The notes beneath the pieces are model-generated. The model saw only the letters and a list, made by a program, of their open reading frames with translations, was not told the origin of the DNA and did no database searches. A stretch of DNA of 64,000 nt from Tubulanus polymorphus (Eukaryota; Animalia; Nemertea): assembly GCF_964204645.1 (NCBI RefSeq), contig NC_134026.1, forward strand, positions 18,448,150 through 18,512,149, written 5' to 3'. Made by a program: the position numbers and the translations under genes. Positions 27,301-38,600 of the stretch are shown piece by piece. Position 1 is the first letter of the stretch. Every line of letters starts with the position of its first letter.

Positions 27301-30300
27301 ACAAATGCCTCTGCCATTAATCTTTTTAATCTATCCAGTGGGGGCTTGGAGTGGTAGGTATCTAATGTTCCATGCCACCGAATCACACATTTTCGACATT
27401 CAGCTGGATTTTCATATACATTTTCTGGATAAGCTGAATATTTGAGTTTTTTATTCAATTGGGATTAACGCCCTCACACATTTTGTTGAAACAGCATTAA
27501 TTCTTTTATTCTCACATTCAGATGTCAATGTATCATTAACTGTCAGGTTTAAAAAACTGCCACCTAATTTTGTTGCTGCCGAGAGATGGAGGAGATGGTT
27601 AAAAAACCTAACTGGGGCTCTACTTATTACCAATGACGTATTACCAGCTCTATTCATTTCGTAGTATCTGTTTAGAACCTTGGGTGCTAAAAGTTGCCTG
27701 GCGTGCGTTGAGGCAGCCATATGAACACAAAGCTTTTGAAGGCAAAATTGATGAGGAATACTGTCAGATAGCTCATTGCCGCATAGGATGGCGCTGGGGT
27801 GACACAGAAAATGTAGTACCTTAATTTCAGCATCATTACTCAGGCAATACCTACGATGACTACAGCTTACAATATAGCTAGTGATAACTAGGGTTCTAAG
27901 ACACCGTGTTCACTCGGTCAAATGCTCGATAATAATCTGACAATTTCAATATCCAAAGCTTGATGGCAAACGAGAAACCAATGATATTGAAATTGGTGAA
28001 GCCTTCCGAGCAAAGGTCCGCTGTTGCAAGCCCTACAGTAACCCTCTCTCCCCGGTCGACAACACACCAGAATTGGTTCCTGTCAGCGTACTACTTTCAA
28101 ATTCAATTTAAGTCAAACCTGCTTTAATTCCGATTTTGATCTAAATACAGATATTTTCAAGATTAACCAGACCTGCCAACTTCACAATTCTTTTTGTAGT
28201 AACACAATACAATTTTGATCGTAGTTTTCTTATTTCAGTCAGTAGCAGGGCAAAATCAAACATTCTAGTGATAGTAGCAAATCATTGATTCTCAGTAGCA
28301 GCCGAAACGACAGCAGCCGAAACGTTTCCTGACATCTGTCAACCCACCGTGTATAACGAGAAAATCAAGGTTACAGACAGTACACAATGCATAACTATTT
28401 GATATTTGAGATGGAACAATGCACGGATACTTGGACGTATATTCTGCTCTGAATTTTTGATTGGCGACACGGGTTTTTTTATTCTGTTGTTCGTTACTAG
28501 TCCCTTGTTTGGATTTTCTCTTCCTCGCAGTTACTTCACCTTCTTCCGATTCGCTTTCATCATCATCGGAATTTGATTCGTTTGCCGAAAAATCCAAATC
28601 AGACAACGATGCCGCCATGTTAACAGGTGAACACTAAATCCAACCTCCGACTATCACATTTCATGATCGCTTATTGATAACTGCGCATGCGCACAAACCA
28701 AAGACTACCGTTCTGTGGATAGGATTTAACAATGACAAAATTGATTTGAGCGTATTCGATTGGCATTCTAACGGAACACCAGAGTGAAATTGATTATGGG
28801 CGTATTCGATTGACTCTTCGGCGGAGTACTGGAATGAGACCAACGCTCGAGCGTAGTATTTTCACCACTCCTGTAGCACTGGAGTTCTACTGGTTTTACC
28901 GTAGCAAACTCTGCCGAAATCGGAGACATTGGCAGCCCTGGTTAACCCGTAGAACATAAACCTAGATGAAATATGATTTTCACTTTCCATCCATTTGCAA
29001 ACCTTTGATTTTCCTATTGATTACACAAAATTTAACACAATTCATTCATTTATCATCGAATCATGTACTGATAAAGAAACATGTAGTCAAAAGCATTACC
29101 CGAATCCCCCCCAACCCCGAGTTTTCATCAAATTCCCAGAGTTTCCCAGTTTTCCAGGTTAGAGTCCACACTGATGTTAAATCAGGATTTCTCATGAACC
29201 GTATGAATTTCGTCTTAACCGATTCACATCAGACAGGTTTCACCATATCTGTAGCAGGTAACAATATGAATACGAAGTTAATAATTACAAAACTTACGTT
29301 CAGGCGAATCGGATCTTTTAACGATTTCGTTTTCGAAATTCGAATCGTCGTCATTGACGTCGTTTTGCAGCACGGTTCGACGCCGTCGTTTCACTCGTTC
29401 CGATAGCGACGCTGTGAATTCACCGATACGCTCGGCGTACGTCCGACCCGAGCCACCGCCGGCGATGCTGTGCAACACGTCCTCGGGCAACGAATCAGTA
29501 TCGACCGAACGCTTTCGTTTGCGATGCGACGCCGCGTCGTCCGCCGGGATTTTCGCGTCGATGGTCAAAGAAGAATTGTGATGATGATGGTGATGAGAAC
29601 GTTCGTTCGACCGACTCAGTTTATGCGACGTTTTTGCGGACGACGACGACGAATTCAATTCTTTCCGCTTGTTGTTAATATCCACAGTTTTATTCGATTT
29701 ATGACGAGACTGATCGTGCGACGATGTCGTCTTAGAATGAGAACCGGCGTTGTTTTTATTATGCAACCCGGCGACGCCGTCGTCCGTATTAGTTTTTGAC
29801 GATGGCGGCACGCGCACCGTCGACAGTAAATCCGGCGGCACCGACTGCGGAATATCGGCGCCCGACGACACGGCGTACGGAGATATCGGCGATTCGTTTG
29901 CGCAAATTTGTCTTTTCGATAGTTTCAACGTCAAACGATGGTCGCTTTGATTAGATTTCGATGAAATCACCTGATACACGTCCTCGTCTTTATTCGATTT
30001 GTTGCGTTTGCGCTTGATTTTCAATCTGGAATGCTCTTCGTCTAACAATGGATCATCGATCCTCGTCACTGCAAATAATACGATAGAATACAAGGTGTCT
30101 ATCATAATTTTTTTCTTTTAATAATCATTTTCACGGAGTAACTAGATTGAATGGAATTATTTTGAAGTATTAGATAGAATTCCGTCTTCGAAGCCACAAA
30201 CGATGTCTCTATGTTGGATTAATGATAACTTTGCTTTATCACTTATCTCGCCGAGGCATCATCGGCTGGTTCGATGTCCCCACCAAAGGACAAAGAATTG

Positions 30301-33300
30301 AGCCTATAGCGCACACAGCAGGGAATAAACCCGAAAAAGATTTTTAGATGAATTTCAATGCACTCGCTATCGCACACACTGAAGTGTTATGAGCCAGTCA
30401 CAAGATAAGTCAGAAAAGCGTTTCTGTTTCATGGGTTTTGTGTTGCAATATGCGCCAGCCTTCAGCTGTGTATATCGGTCTAACCGACCATGGCTTCAAG
30501 CGATTCATTTAGGATTTAAGACAACTTAACTGATGATACTCATATTTTCTTGCAACAAAACTCTTACTATTTATGAACATTATTCACAAACTGACCCAAT
30601 TCATTCATTTCAAAGGCTTATTTTCAATAGGCTCAATTAAAACTATCGACGACGAACAAATAGATGGACTTAAATCTCTCGTATATGCCTGTTGTGGTTT
30701 AAAATAATACTTCGTTTCGGATTCTATGACGAGATTGAAACGCCCTATATGCTGGGTACACTCCTTTCGAATGTTATTTATTCTAATTAAAGCACATACT
30801 ACACCAACCTAGGATGATTTAGCGGGACATCATTTCTACTCACATTTTATGACGGGGGAACTGAACAAGTTCATATCTAGTTCAGGGTTTACGCCACGAA
30901 TGACTGGCCGCTCGGGTTTCTTTTCGGAAGACTTGTCTCCAGTATTCTCGGTTTTGACGGGCTGGGAATTGGTGTGGAACTGCTGCGATGACTGCGGCGG
31001 CATATGATGGGGAATACTCGGATCTTTGCGTTGAATCTCAGGTGTTAATGGCGCTGATGTCGCCTGAGCTGGCGATGATACTGTAAGGGAAATATATATA
31101 TATATATATCCTAGCTTTTCAATATATCTATACATATACGGTATTCGTAAATCAGGGTCAATCGTATCCAAGGATCGGCTCCTATCAATATAGCTCAATT
31201 GCCATACACGAGATAAAGGGAATCCACGAGATATGACTTAATCCATCAGTGCCCACTAAAATTTGTGAAACTCGTTCTAAACCACTCTTTCAAATAATAA
31301 GACGCACCGTTATTAACAACTGTGATGTTCCAATCACTGGATTCTTAATAATGTTAAATATCAACAACTTCATGACTTTTTGTTAAACATGTTTTCCAAG
31401 TGCTAACCAGTCTGTATGAAGGGTGTCAGCGCGATGCAGCGTTTAGGCCTCGCTGGGCCTACATAGTATATGACATGTATAAACAGTTTATATATTCTCT
31501 ATGTAAATAATTTGTATCGTATTGTTGGCTCATTATGTCATCTTTTAAAAGGGCATTACCATAGAAAGCATTCTATCTAGCAGTGAGCAGTTTTTTTTTC
31601 GAAAACTGAATTGAATTCAATGCTACTTCAAACATATTATCATCATTATATGCACTGTCAAAAATATTTGCTAGAGCTAAAATTAATCATTGCACAGATA
31701 GGATTATGAAGGAACTGCTGCATTTCACTATGCCCCTGATTTTACTAGATTTTCCACCCTGGAAAATCATTCTTTCTTTTCTATTTACAGATTCTAAAGC
31801 TTCCACCTCCAGCACCAATGAAGATTAACCAGTCTTTTTTAAACTGTGAAATACATCATACTCACCAGTCGCTGGTTTTGCTGGTTGACTGGATGGCCGT
31901 GTTCTGACTTGCGGTGGCGACATAGATATATGCGGTGGCACGCTGGAATTTGACCCAGACGGACTGCTGTTTATATTCATACCACCGTTAACAGGCATAC
32001 CTGTCGGACTGACACCTTAAAACAACGAAAAGCAGACATGGATAACAGAATGTGTCAAGACAAGGAAGTCCAAGAACAGTCGAACCTTGTTCAGGGCTGC
32101 CAACCTCTGAAATGAACTATAAGTAACAAATTGAATTTTTTTCAGTAACGTTTCATTGAAATATGAAAGAAAATGTTCAAATCAATCAGTTATATCAACA
32201 AAGACCTTCAGTAACATCTTTCATATTTCTGTATGCATCGGAGAAATCAAATCAGTATTCAACGAATTTCATAGTGGTTACAATGAAATATCAATGAGTT
32301 TGTGTGGTCCTGTGAAGTTTGCAGTAACAAGGTTGCCCTCAAATATACACCAAAATATAAAACCAATTATGCTCACCACTTCCCGATGAGCTTGGATACT
32401 TTGAAGCTGGACCAAATTTCTGGAACTGATTGGAGAACTGAGGAGCTGACGGCGTAGGTGGCTGTTGTTGGGAATACGGACTCCCATGTTGAGAATGGGA
32501 ATTATTGGTGCCTGGATATTTCGGACTTTGCGACGGGTATCTCGTCGGACTGCTCGGTGGAAACGGCGAATAATGTCCGGCAGCGTACGGAGACGTCTGC
32601 GGCGCAAACTGTGGCGTCATCGGTTGCCTTGTGTGCGGCAAATCTAAAATGAAAAACAACAAAAACAAACGTTAGGTGAATGAGACTAGCCCATCATCGG
32701 ATTATCTTTTGAGAGACCGTATCAGGATATTAAATAATTAACTGTTCATAATCAGTGTTCTCCATAGGCTGCATTCATTGTTGAGTGTATGTAATCGTGG
32801 CTGCTAAGTAGCAAGGCTTTCGAGCCTCACAAAAAGCAGAAAATTTCATTCAATTTTTGTGTTAATCTTCTATTACTGGTAGGGGGAGAAGATATTTCAT
32901 ACAGGATGGCCGATTTTCAGAGGGATGGATATCAAAATAAAGGGGCGGCCACCCCTCTAAAACTTGTTGAGAACACTGATAAAAATTAACAAATAATAAC
33001 AATGATTTTTATAGGCTGTAGTTCGAGATGTTATACTTACTTGATGCCACAGGTCTGCTGTGATCTACATTATCAAATGACTGAGGAGCCATGCTCGGCA
33101 TCGTGCCCTTGAATGCATTTGGGTTGCAAGTCAATACAGCCTTCAATAATTCGGGCATTTCTCCTTCTATTGCATCAGTAGCGAGAACATCTTTTAATTC
33201 TCTGCAAGATCGTTAGCAAAAATTACAAACTCATTCATGAGAAAATATTTTCATTTTGTGTATGGTTAAAATGAATAAGGGGCAGTTCACAAGTATGCAC

Positions 33301-34016
33301 ACAGCTATGGGGAGAGGGATCAAATATTGGCCACAAAGGTGTACGTATGATAATTTTTCAAACGGACAACGGCAAAAGAAGGGGTTAAAATCCGGATAAG
33401 CTAGGTTCGCTGGTAGATATTCAATCTCCCTCATTTGTTTTACAATTAAACTAGAATTAACTTTTCTCTTACACGTTTTGCCCCTGATTTTTTTCTAGAA
33501 TTTCCAATTCCCAGAGTTTTCCAGGTCATTGGCCATGCGGTCTTATAAATTGATTATCAATGAAAACTGTACAGCAATCACCAAGAGGAAACAACAATAA
33601 TGAATCAAACACATATATCTGATGGGTTAAATGATGGATTCAGAAGCCCTACTTACATGCTCTCCGTCGACGTATTTCCGAGAGTTTGCACAAGCTGTGC
33701 AACAAGATTATCATCCTTTGTCGCCAGCAATCGACGACCTTCATCTGCTATACTCGGGTCAAATAGTAAACTATTGTTACTAACAGTAGATGGTAAAGGA
33801 GTAGGCAATGGTAGCTGAGGCAGCACTGCAAAATACAACATCATTCTTCGAACTACTAATACGGAGGTATGAAAATTGTGAAAATCGGCGAGGATGAGAT
33901 TTCAATTCTTTTATTAAGACATTATCTAACATCGGCATAAAAATGTACTTACGATCTGTTAGACTAGCTACTCCTGCTAATGTTGTAATAGGTACACTTG
34001 GAATTTCTCCATTCAT
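3303..34016 (-). CDS. NIPBL: Nipped-B-like protein (cohesin loader, Scc2/NIPBL), 42 coding exons, about 2238 aa
   Basis: Diagnostic N-terminus MNGEIPSVPITTLAGVASLTD (MAU2-binding region) and HEAT-region motifs FRPLFENFVQDLLTTVNKPEWPAAELLL, AVAVRTKAMKCLTSVVEADP, STSVREAAVELVGKF, DTGISVRKRVIKI, LRQGLVHPVQCVPYL, YFPYQVQDEPLFIIH. Exons 5'->3': 34016-33953, 33825-33657, 33201-33041, 32643-32377, 32015-31866, 31080-30844, 30068-29298, 27221-27027, 26692-26586, 26503-26417, 25380-25155, 24213-23981, 23153-23053, 22940-22805, 22485-22403, 22312-22183, 21526-21383, 21281-21225, 20806-20720, 20406-20120, 19426-19225, 18571-18425, 17576-17442, 17099-16998, 16413-16360, 15814-15706, 15586-15450, 14941-14801, 13346-13253, 12946-12795, 12220-12130, 10264-10158, 8154-8033, 7902-7767, 7313-7206, 6964-6764, 6314-6168, 5303-5219, 5098-4984, 4845-4674, 4190-3963, 3542-3303. 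All introns GT-AG, phases compatible, total 6717 nt. Confidence 0.97.
5528..6160. mobile_element. Tc1/mariner-pogo-type MITE
   Basis: 24-bp TIR CCGTATTTTCCGGCCAATAAGCCG / CGGCTTATTGGCCGGAAAATACGG, TA on both sides, internal copies of CGGCTTATTGG and a 25-bp tandem duplication near 6010-6060. Confidence 0.9.
8548..8979. mobile_element. piggyBac-like MITE (decayed)
   Basis: TIR CCCTTTGAGTACCA vs TGGCGCTCAAAGGG; TTAA on the right, the left flank is mutated (AAAA). Confidence 0.6.
9406..9952. mobile_element. hAT-like non-autonomous element
   Basis: Perfect 13-bp TIR CAGAGCTGCCAAC / GTTGGCAGCTCTG; no clear TSD. Confidence 0.6.
9650..9760. mobile_element. Decayed Penelope-type inverted repeat with hammerhead-like cores
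   Basis: Plus arm: cac-CTGATGG-a-gttacta-taaac-tagtagc-GAAAgcTC-gtg. Minus arm: CTGATGA-a-gctactg-cacac-tggtagc-AAAA. The arms are diverged inverted copies. Confidence 0.55.
10754..11827 (-). mobile_element. Helentron-associated/DINE-1-like element, family 1 copy A (~3 internal ~153-bp monomers)
   Basis: On minus it starts TTTTAGCCCACTTGGGACTTTAGTCCCAGCGGGCTA (terminal stem-loop), then a (CGTC)n microsatellite, core, tandem monomers, and ends GGTGTCCCTGGACCCCTAGTT in a T-rich site. Several copies occur in the window; decayed monomers also lie at about 10380-10700. Confidence 0.85.
13800..14791 (-). mobile_element. DINE/HINE-like family 1 copy B (~4 monomers, ~270-bp core deletion relative to copy A)
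   Basis: Same termini as copy A; monomers start at about 13873, 14020, 14174 and 14332; inserted about 10 nt into the intron after the donor at 14800. Confidence 0.85.
17833..18211. mobile_element. piggyBac-like MITE
   Basis: TIR CCCACTAGCACTCA / TGAGTGCTAATGGG with TTAA on both sides; homologous to 54590-55036. Confidence 0.85.
21730..22025. mobile_element. Fold-back repeat with a Pol III B-box-like motif
   Basis: Diverged inverted arms (TTCAAACCTGATGGCATCG 21740-21758 vs CGATGCCATCAGGTTCGAA 21978-21996); a related single arm lies at 57650-57745. Confidence 0.6.
23540..23880 (-). mobile_element. DINE/HINE-like family 2 fragment
   Basis: About 23550-23690 is the reverse complement of about 37880-38029 (GATAGATTTCCTT.AAACTTGGTGTGAGGATT.GGCCATATGAGGTGTCCACCCCTATTGAATACGGATGACAT); it has internal sub-repeats. 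Confidence 0.65.
25460..25646. mobile_element. Decayed palindromic MITE rich in GCAAC/GTTGC motifs
   Basis: GCAACTGCTCGCGACTCAA vs TTGAGCGGCTGGCAGTTGC inverted ends; repeated internal GCAAC/GTTGC. Confidence 0.45.
26234..26405. repeat. Degenerate minisatellite, ~31-33-bp unit (AAGTATGATTTCTAATCTATCCC...), about 5-6 copies
   Basis: Directly visible; begins just inside the intron after the NIPBL donor at 26416. Confidence 0.75.
28168..28940 (-). mobile_element. Internally deleted hAT transposon retaining the transposase N-terminus
   Basis: TIR CAGACCTGCCAA / TTGGCAGCCCTG, flanks ATTAAC/GTTAAC. ORF 28618-28292 encodes an acidic/basic N-terminus then QKFRAEYTSKYPC...YALCTVCNLDFLVIHGGLTDVRK, typical of the N-terminal Zn-finger of hAT transposases. 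Confidence 0.75.
32753..32978. mobile_element. Small hAT-like MITE
   Basis: 10-bp TIR CAGTGTTCTC / GAGAACACTG; flanks ATAAT/ATAAA; a looser relative lies at about 18927-19129. Confidence 0.45.
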
Positions 34017-35044
34017 TTTGAATCTGCGAACTGACAGCTGAAAAATAACGACATTAATTAAGTACCCGACACTAGGAACCATTCGTAATCAAAGTATACA
34101 CGATTATCCTAAATTCTATCCCTGACTTTTCCGTGATTTCCGTCAGATAAGTGGTATTCCTGAATTAAGGGCTGCTTATAAAATCTAAATTTTCTTCATA
34201 CATGGTTGTAGGGAGTTCAAAAAACGCAAAATCACTACTGCATATGCTTTAGCATGAGTTTCTATTATTTCATGAAGCACAATCACGGACAATATGTCAA
34301 CAAAGATTTCCAATCAATAAGTGGATAATACCAGCAATCCATACTATTAGAATGAATAATGGTATATCGATATTATAATTCATATACTATAACAGTTAGG
34401 GGAATAGCAGAAACACATAAAATCACGTCCTTCCATTTGATTTTAACATGATCAGCAAGTGAAAACATTGCTACTTTCATGAGCAAATAATTCCTTTGCT
34501 AAAGTTGAACAGTAAAAATGCGTTTAGTGTAGGGCCTAGTAGGCTTGTATGATAGGAATCTGAACAAGATCACCAGCATCGCTACGATCAAGATCAACTA
34601 CACAAAAACTACGGGTCGACAGCACAAATGGAGCGGACAAACATAACTTAATTTGGATATTAAGAAAACGAGCCAATAAGCAGATGGTTGGTTGGACGGA
34701 CAGATTTCCATCGAAAGATTTCAAAAGTTTGACAGTAGAATAGTTGCTGCAACATCCGTACTCATCAACAAACGCTCCGCAGCTAATCGAGATTGGAGGT
34801 TTACCGTTTACGGACGACAGACAGATCGTACGTAAAACAATCAGGTTTCTGTAGCTTCGAAACCGGCCTTTAAATCGTGGATATCAGCAGAAAGCGCATA
34901 TGTCGAGGGCAACCAAAAGTAGCATATTAGATCAAAAACAAATTGGGCATGTGGCGGGGGACAAGCAGAATGAATATATACGCTCCACCACCACCAATTA
35001 GCGCCACCATTCGGCAAACGTCAATCATGCAAAAAGTAACCAAC

Positions 35045-35650
35045 CTTTGACGGCTGGCAGAGGTTGCAGGAGATCGCCAAACGCCGTATAGGCTACATGT
35101 ATCTGTTCAGTGCGATGTTGTCAATACGGCAGACAGCGAATCCTGGCCCACGAGGCCGCTTTTATTTCAGTAATCGGGCTAATCTTGACGCACTCATAAC
35201 AATAAACGCGCCAAAATTACTACAACGACCTGATCGCTTCGATTCTGTCGTCGCGCGTAGGACGGGAATAGCGCCGCTAACGCCGCGTCGCGAAGGCGAT
35301 ACGAATCGCCGCAAATCGGTGCGCCGTGCGTTTCGCCGATTAAAGTTCGCTAATCGAGCGTATTTTTGAGGGTTAAATCGCGTTTTGTCGAAATTTAAAA
35401 ATGCGTTCGATCGAGCGCGTATAGATACTCGCTGTGCGCTGAAGACGGCGAAAGTAGCCCGATAACATCCGGGTACTACTCCAGGAAAATCCAAGATGGC
35501 CGCGCCCAGGAAAATTTTCGTCGTCGGCGTCGGGATGACAAAAGTAGGTTTTAGCACGCGCGGCTTCGGGAATCGCTTTGAAAACTGATTAAGGGTCGAT
35601 CGGATGATGTTTTACGCTCATAATCGAGAGCGTAGATGGTCGTCACTCGC
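35045..35650. promoter_or_regulatory. CpG-rich bidirectional promoter region shared by NIPBL and SCP2, including a probable non-coding first exon of NIPBL
   Basis: Abrupt GC/CpG enrichment between divergent genes whose ATGs are 1.48 kb apart. Candidate NIPBL exon-1 donor AAG|GTTGGT at 35045/35044, acceptor of the ATG exon at 34037. A YY1-like CAAGATGGC overlaps the SCP2 ATG. Confidence 0.75.
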
Positions 35651-38600
35651 GTGTCATTCATAAAACACCTCAAAAATTCACTTCTGCGTATATCGACCTG
35701 GTGGACCAAAACGAGGCTAAATGTCAAAACATATGATCTATCACGGGTTTTGTGCTACAACTGTCATCCATGATTCGCTATTTTCTCTTGATGAGTAGAA
35801 GTGCAGATCAACACAATCCAAGTGAATTCGAAATCAATATGTTTGACTTGGAATGTATTTAGGTATCAAATGCTGTTAGTTGGTTTGTTATTTTAATTTT
35901 TGTGGCTCAACAATAATGTCGACTGCTGATAGTTGCCTTTTCATGCACAGACGCCAATGATTTCGATTTGACATCACTGAGAAAACATCGGGTTGAGAAA
36001 CAACCTTCATTTGTGGTGAAAAATATCGAAACAACTGATATCAGTATTGTCTGTGAAAAAATTAAAAGCGCAGAAAGTTGACTATTAAAGCTTATTTTTA
36101 AAGAAAGTTTTTGGCCTGCAGGAAAACCACGAAGGGCCTAATAGGCCTACATGTACTAATGTCTATTTCAACCTGACTTGAGAGCATTCCGGTTGGCCTA
36201 GCTCGCTTACTTTTGGTAGTACATACCTGATAAAAGTCTTATTAGGGCCAGAATGCATTGGCAGCTGACCTAAAATATCGTTTTTTAATCCACTTTAAAA
36301 TGTATAGAAGGATATCCAAAAAATCTGCATTGAAAGGGGTTAAAAAGAGAAAAGAGACTCCATGATTTGAAAGTTTAACAATATGTCTCCATGCTTACCA
36401 ACTGAAGTTTGGTACGTAGGCATGGTAACATATTGTTAAACTTTCAAATCATGGAGTCACTTCTCTTCATTTGAGCCCTTTCAGTGAAGACTTTTTGGAT
36501 ATCCTTCGATACAGTTTCTAATGGATTAGAAAATGATGATTTAGGTCGACTGCTTTTCCTTTCTGTTCCTATTAAGACCTTTACCAGGTATGTACTACCA
36601 AAAATGAGCGAGCTAGGCCACCCGGAATGCTCTCAAGTCAGGTTGAAATAGACATTAGTAGTCCTAATCTAGAAAATTGATTTCATGCTCAGAAAATTAT
36701 TTATAACTGGTTCAATCCGTTATTTGTTTCCAGAAATTAATTTTCTGTCCAAAAATCCCCCCAGAAAATAATTTGATAGGCCTGATTTAAATAATGATTT
36801 TCTTGTGCATTTTGTACCATGATCCCTCAGAATATGTGGTGCAATTGACCAGTGATCTACCAAGTTCCTCATTATTTCTAAGGAGAGTGGCTTCCATTAC
36901 GGCGATGAATTTTGATTGCTGAATCAATAACAGACATTTTTTGACAAAATTGCAGGCAATAGGGTACGGGTAGTCTAGTACCTAGCCGTTGTTCCCCAAT
37001 AAATCTATAAATCTATAATCCTCAAAACATTTGACTAGTCGCCTCAAAAAATAGTTGAAATAAAGCAACATAACAAATATGGCGGCTTTTTGTGTTGCAT
37101 GATGGGAGGGTAAATTACGGATTCAGACTTAAACTTGGACTGACATTGATGCATAGATATTATTCTTGTTTCAAATTCTTAAGGTAAGATTCGCCAAAAT
37201 GAATGCGTTTTACCAAAAAAAATAACATTTAGAGTAATTTTAGAGAGACATATTGAATTTTCATATTTTTATTAATTTAGGCCGTATTGGAAATCCCGAT
37301 TGTGGCAATCAATTCAAATCAAATCAAAAAATTCTCCGGTCCCCGATTTAAATCATCAAAAATATTATCATAAAACACATTATTGACAAAGTCAACAAGG
37401 TAACTAATTAATTTATTTGAGAACAAAGGTTTGATTTGACACTAAAATCAGTTGTTGCATTGTAAGAAACGGAAGTTAACTTCTATATGTCAGTTTGGCG
37501 TCAGAACATTGTAGGGGACCCGTAATAACGACTGGTATTCAGACTAACAAACACATGGTGTTCTCTGTCCAAATTCCAGCTGAACTGCTATCGCAGGCAG
37601 GAAATGCGTTAGTAGAAAGGTGTGGTTTTTTGCAATGTTCAGATATTAATGATTCATTGAATTAAATAAGCTGTATTCACATTGCATTTTCAGTTTGAAA
37701 AACCAGGTAGACGTGATGACTTTGATTACCCTGAAATGGCCTTGGAAGCAGGTAGGTTTCATTTATCTATCTATTCTATCTGATCTTAAATGGAAATGCT
37801 ACTGGGTGATGCGACTTAAGTTAACTGACCCATTCACTTATGTCGCTCTGTTATCTTGTTGCATTTTTAGCCCAGTTGGGATTTTTTGTTGCAATATTTG
37901 ATAGATTTCCTTAAAACTTGGTGTGAGGATTAGGCCATATGAGGTGTCCACCCCTATTGAATACGGATGACATTGGCCATCAAATATGCATGCATACCAA
38001 CCGATACGATTCATCCGTATTTGTTTAAATTTTTAGCCCACTTGGGACTTTAGTCCCAGCGGGCTATTGCGTTCACTTTTCTTCCTTTGTCCTTCCATAG
38101 ACGGAATCCAGTTATTTTGGGAAGTTTTGAAGACGCTTCAATGTAATGTCTTGATATTTGGGTTACACATGTATCTTCCCGAACACATCTTCAGCCCAAA
38201 AACTGGCCCTGTCAGAATCAAGATGGCGGAATGGCAGCCATTGTTGTTCTCCAAAATCACTTTTTACACATTTTTCAACTTTTTAAGGGAAATTTTGAAG
38301 ATGCTTCGATCAATTACCTTGATCTTTCGTATCTATTTGAATCCCCCAAGGGCCCATCAGCTTAAGAAAAATTGGGTCGATAGGCCGTCCTATGACCTTT
38401 TTAGTGTCAAAAAATGTCAATTTTGGCCCGAATTCCGAATCCTGTAGCTTCCTACTTGTTTGCCATTTCTCATCGCAATTTGTGATGGGTATGCTTTGGA
38501 AAGGGATGTTTAATCCCTGAGACAGGTATTTTTGATCAGTCAATTATGGCGCAATTGGCGGCTATCTTGGTGTCATCGGTACTCATTCGTAGGTGGGAGA

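Noticed and set aside
27273-27720. Possible decayed LINE reverse-transcriptase fragment
   Set aside because: Only vague resemblance across frameshifts and no diagnostic motif; needs tBLASTx against a repeat library.
29354-29950. Several plus-strand ORFs
   Set aside because: Antisense shadows of the GC-rich NIPBL exon 29298-30068.
35162-35557. 131-aa minus and 101-aa plus ORFs in the promoter
   Set aside because: Expected in a GC-rich island, Arg-rich low-information sequence, and the minus ORF overlaps SCP2 exon 1 antisense.
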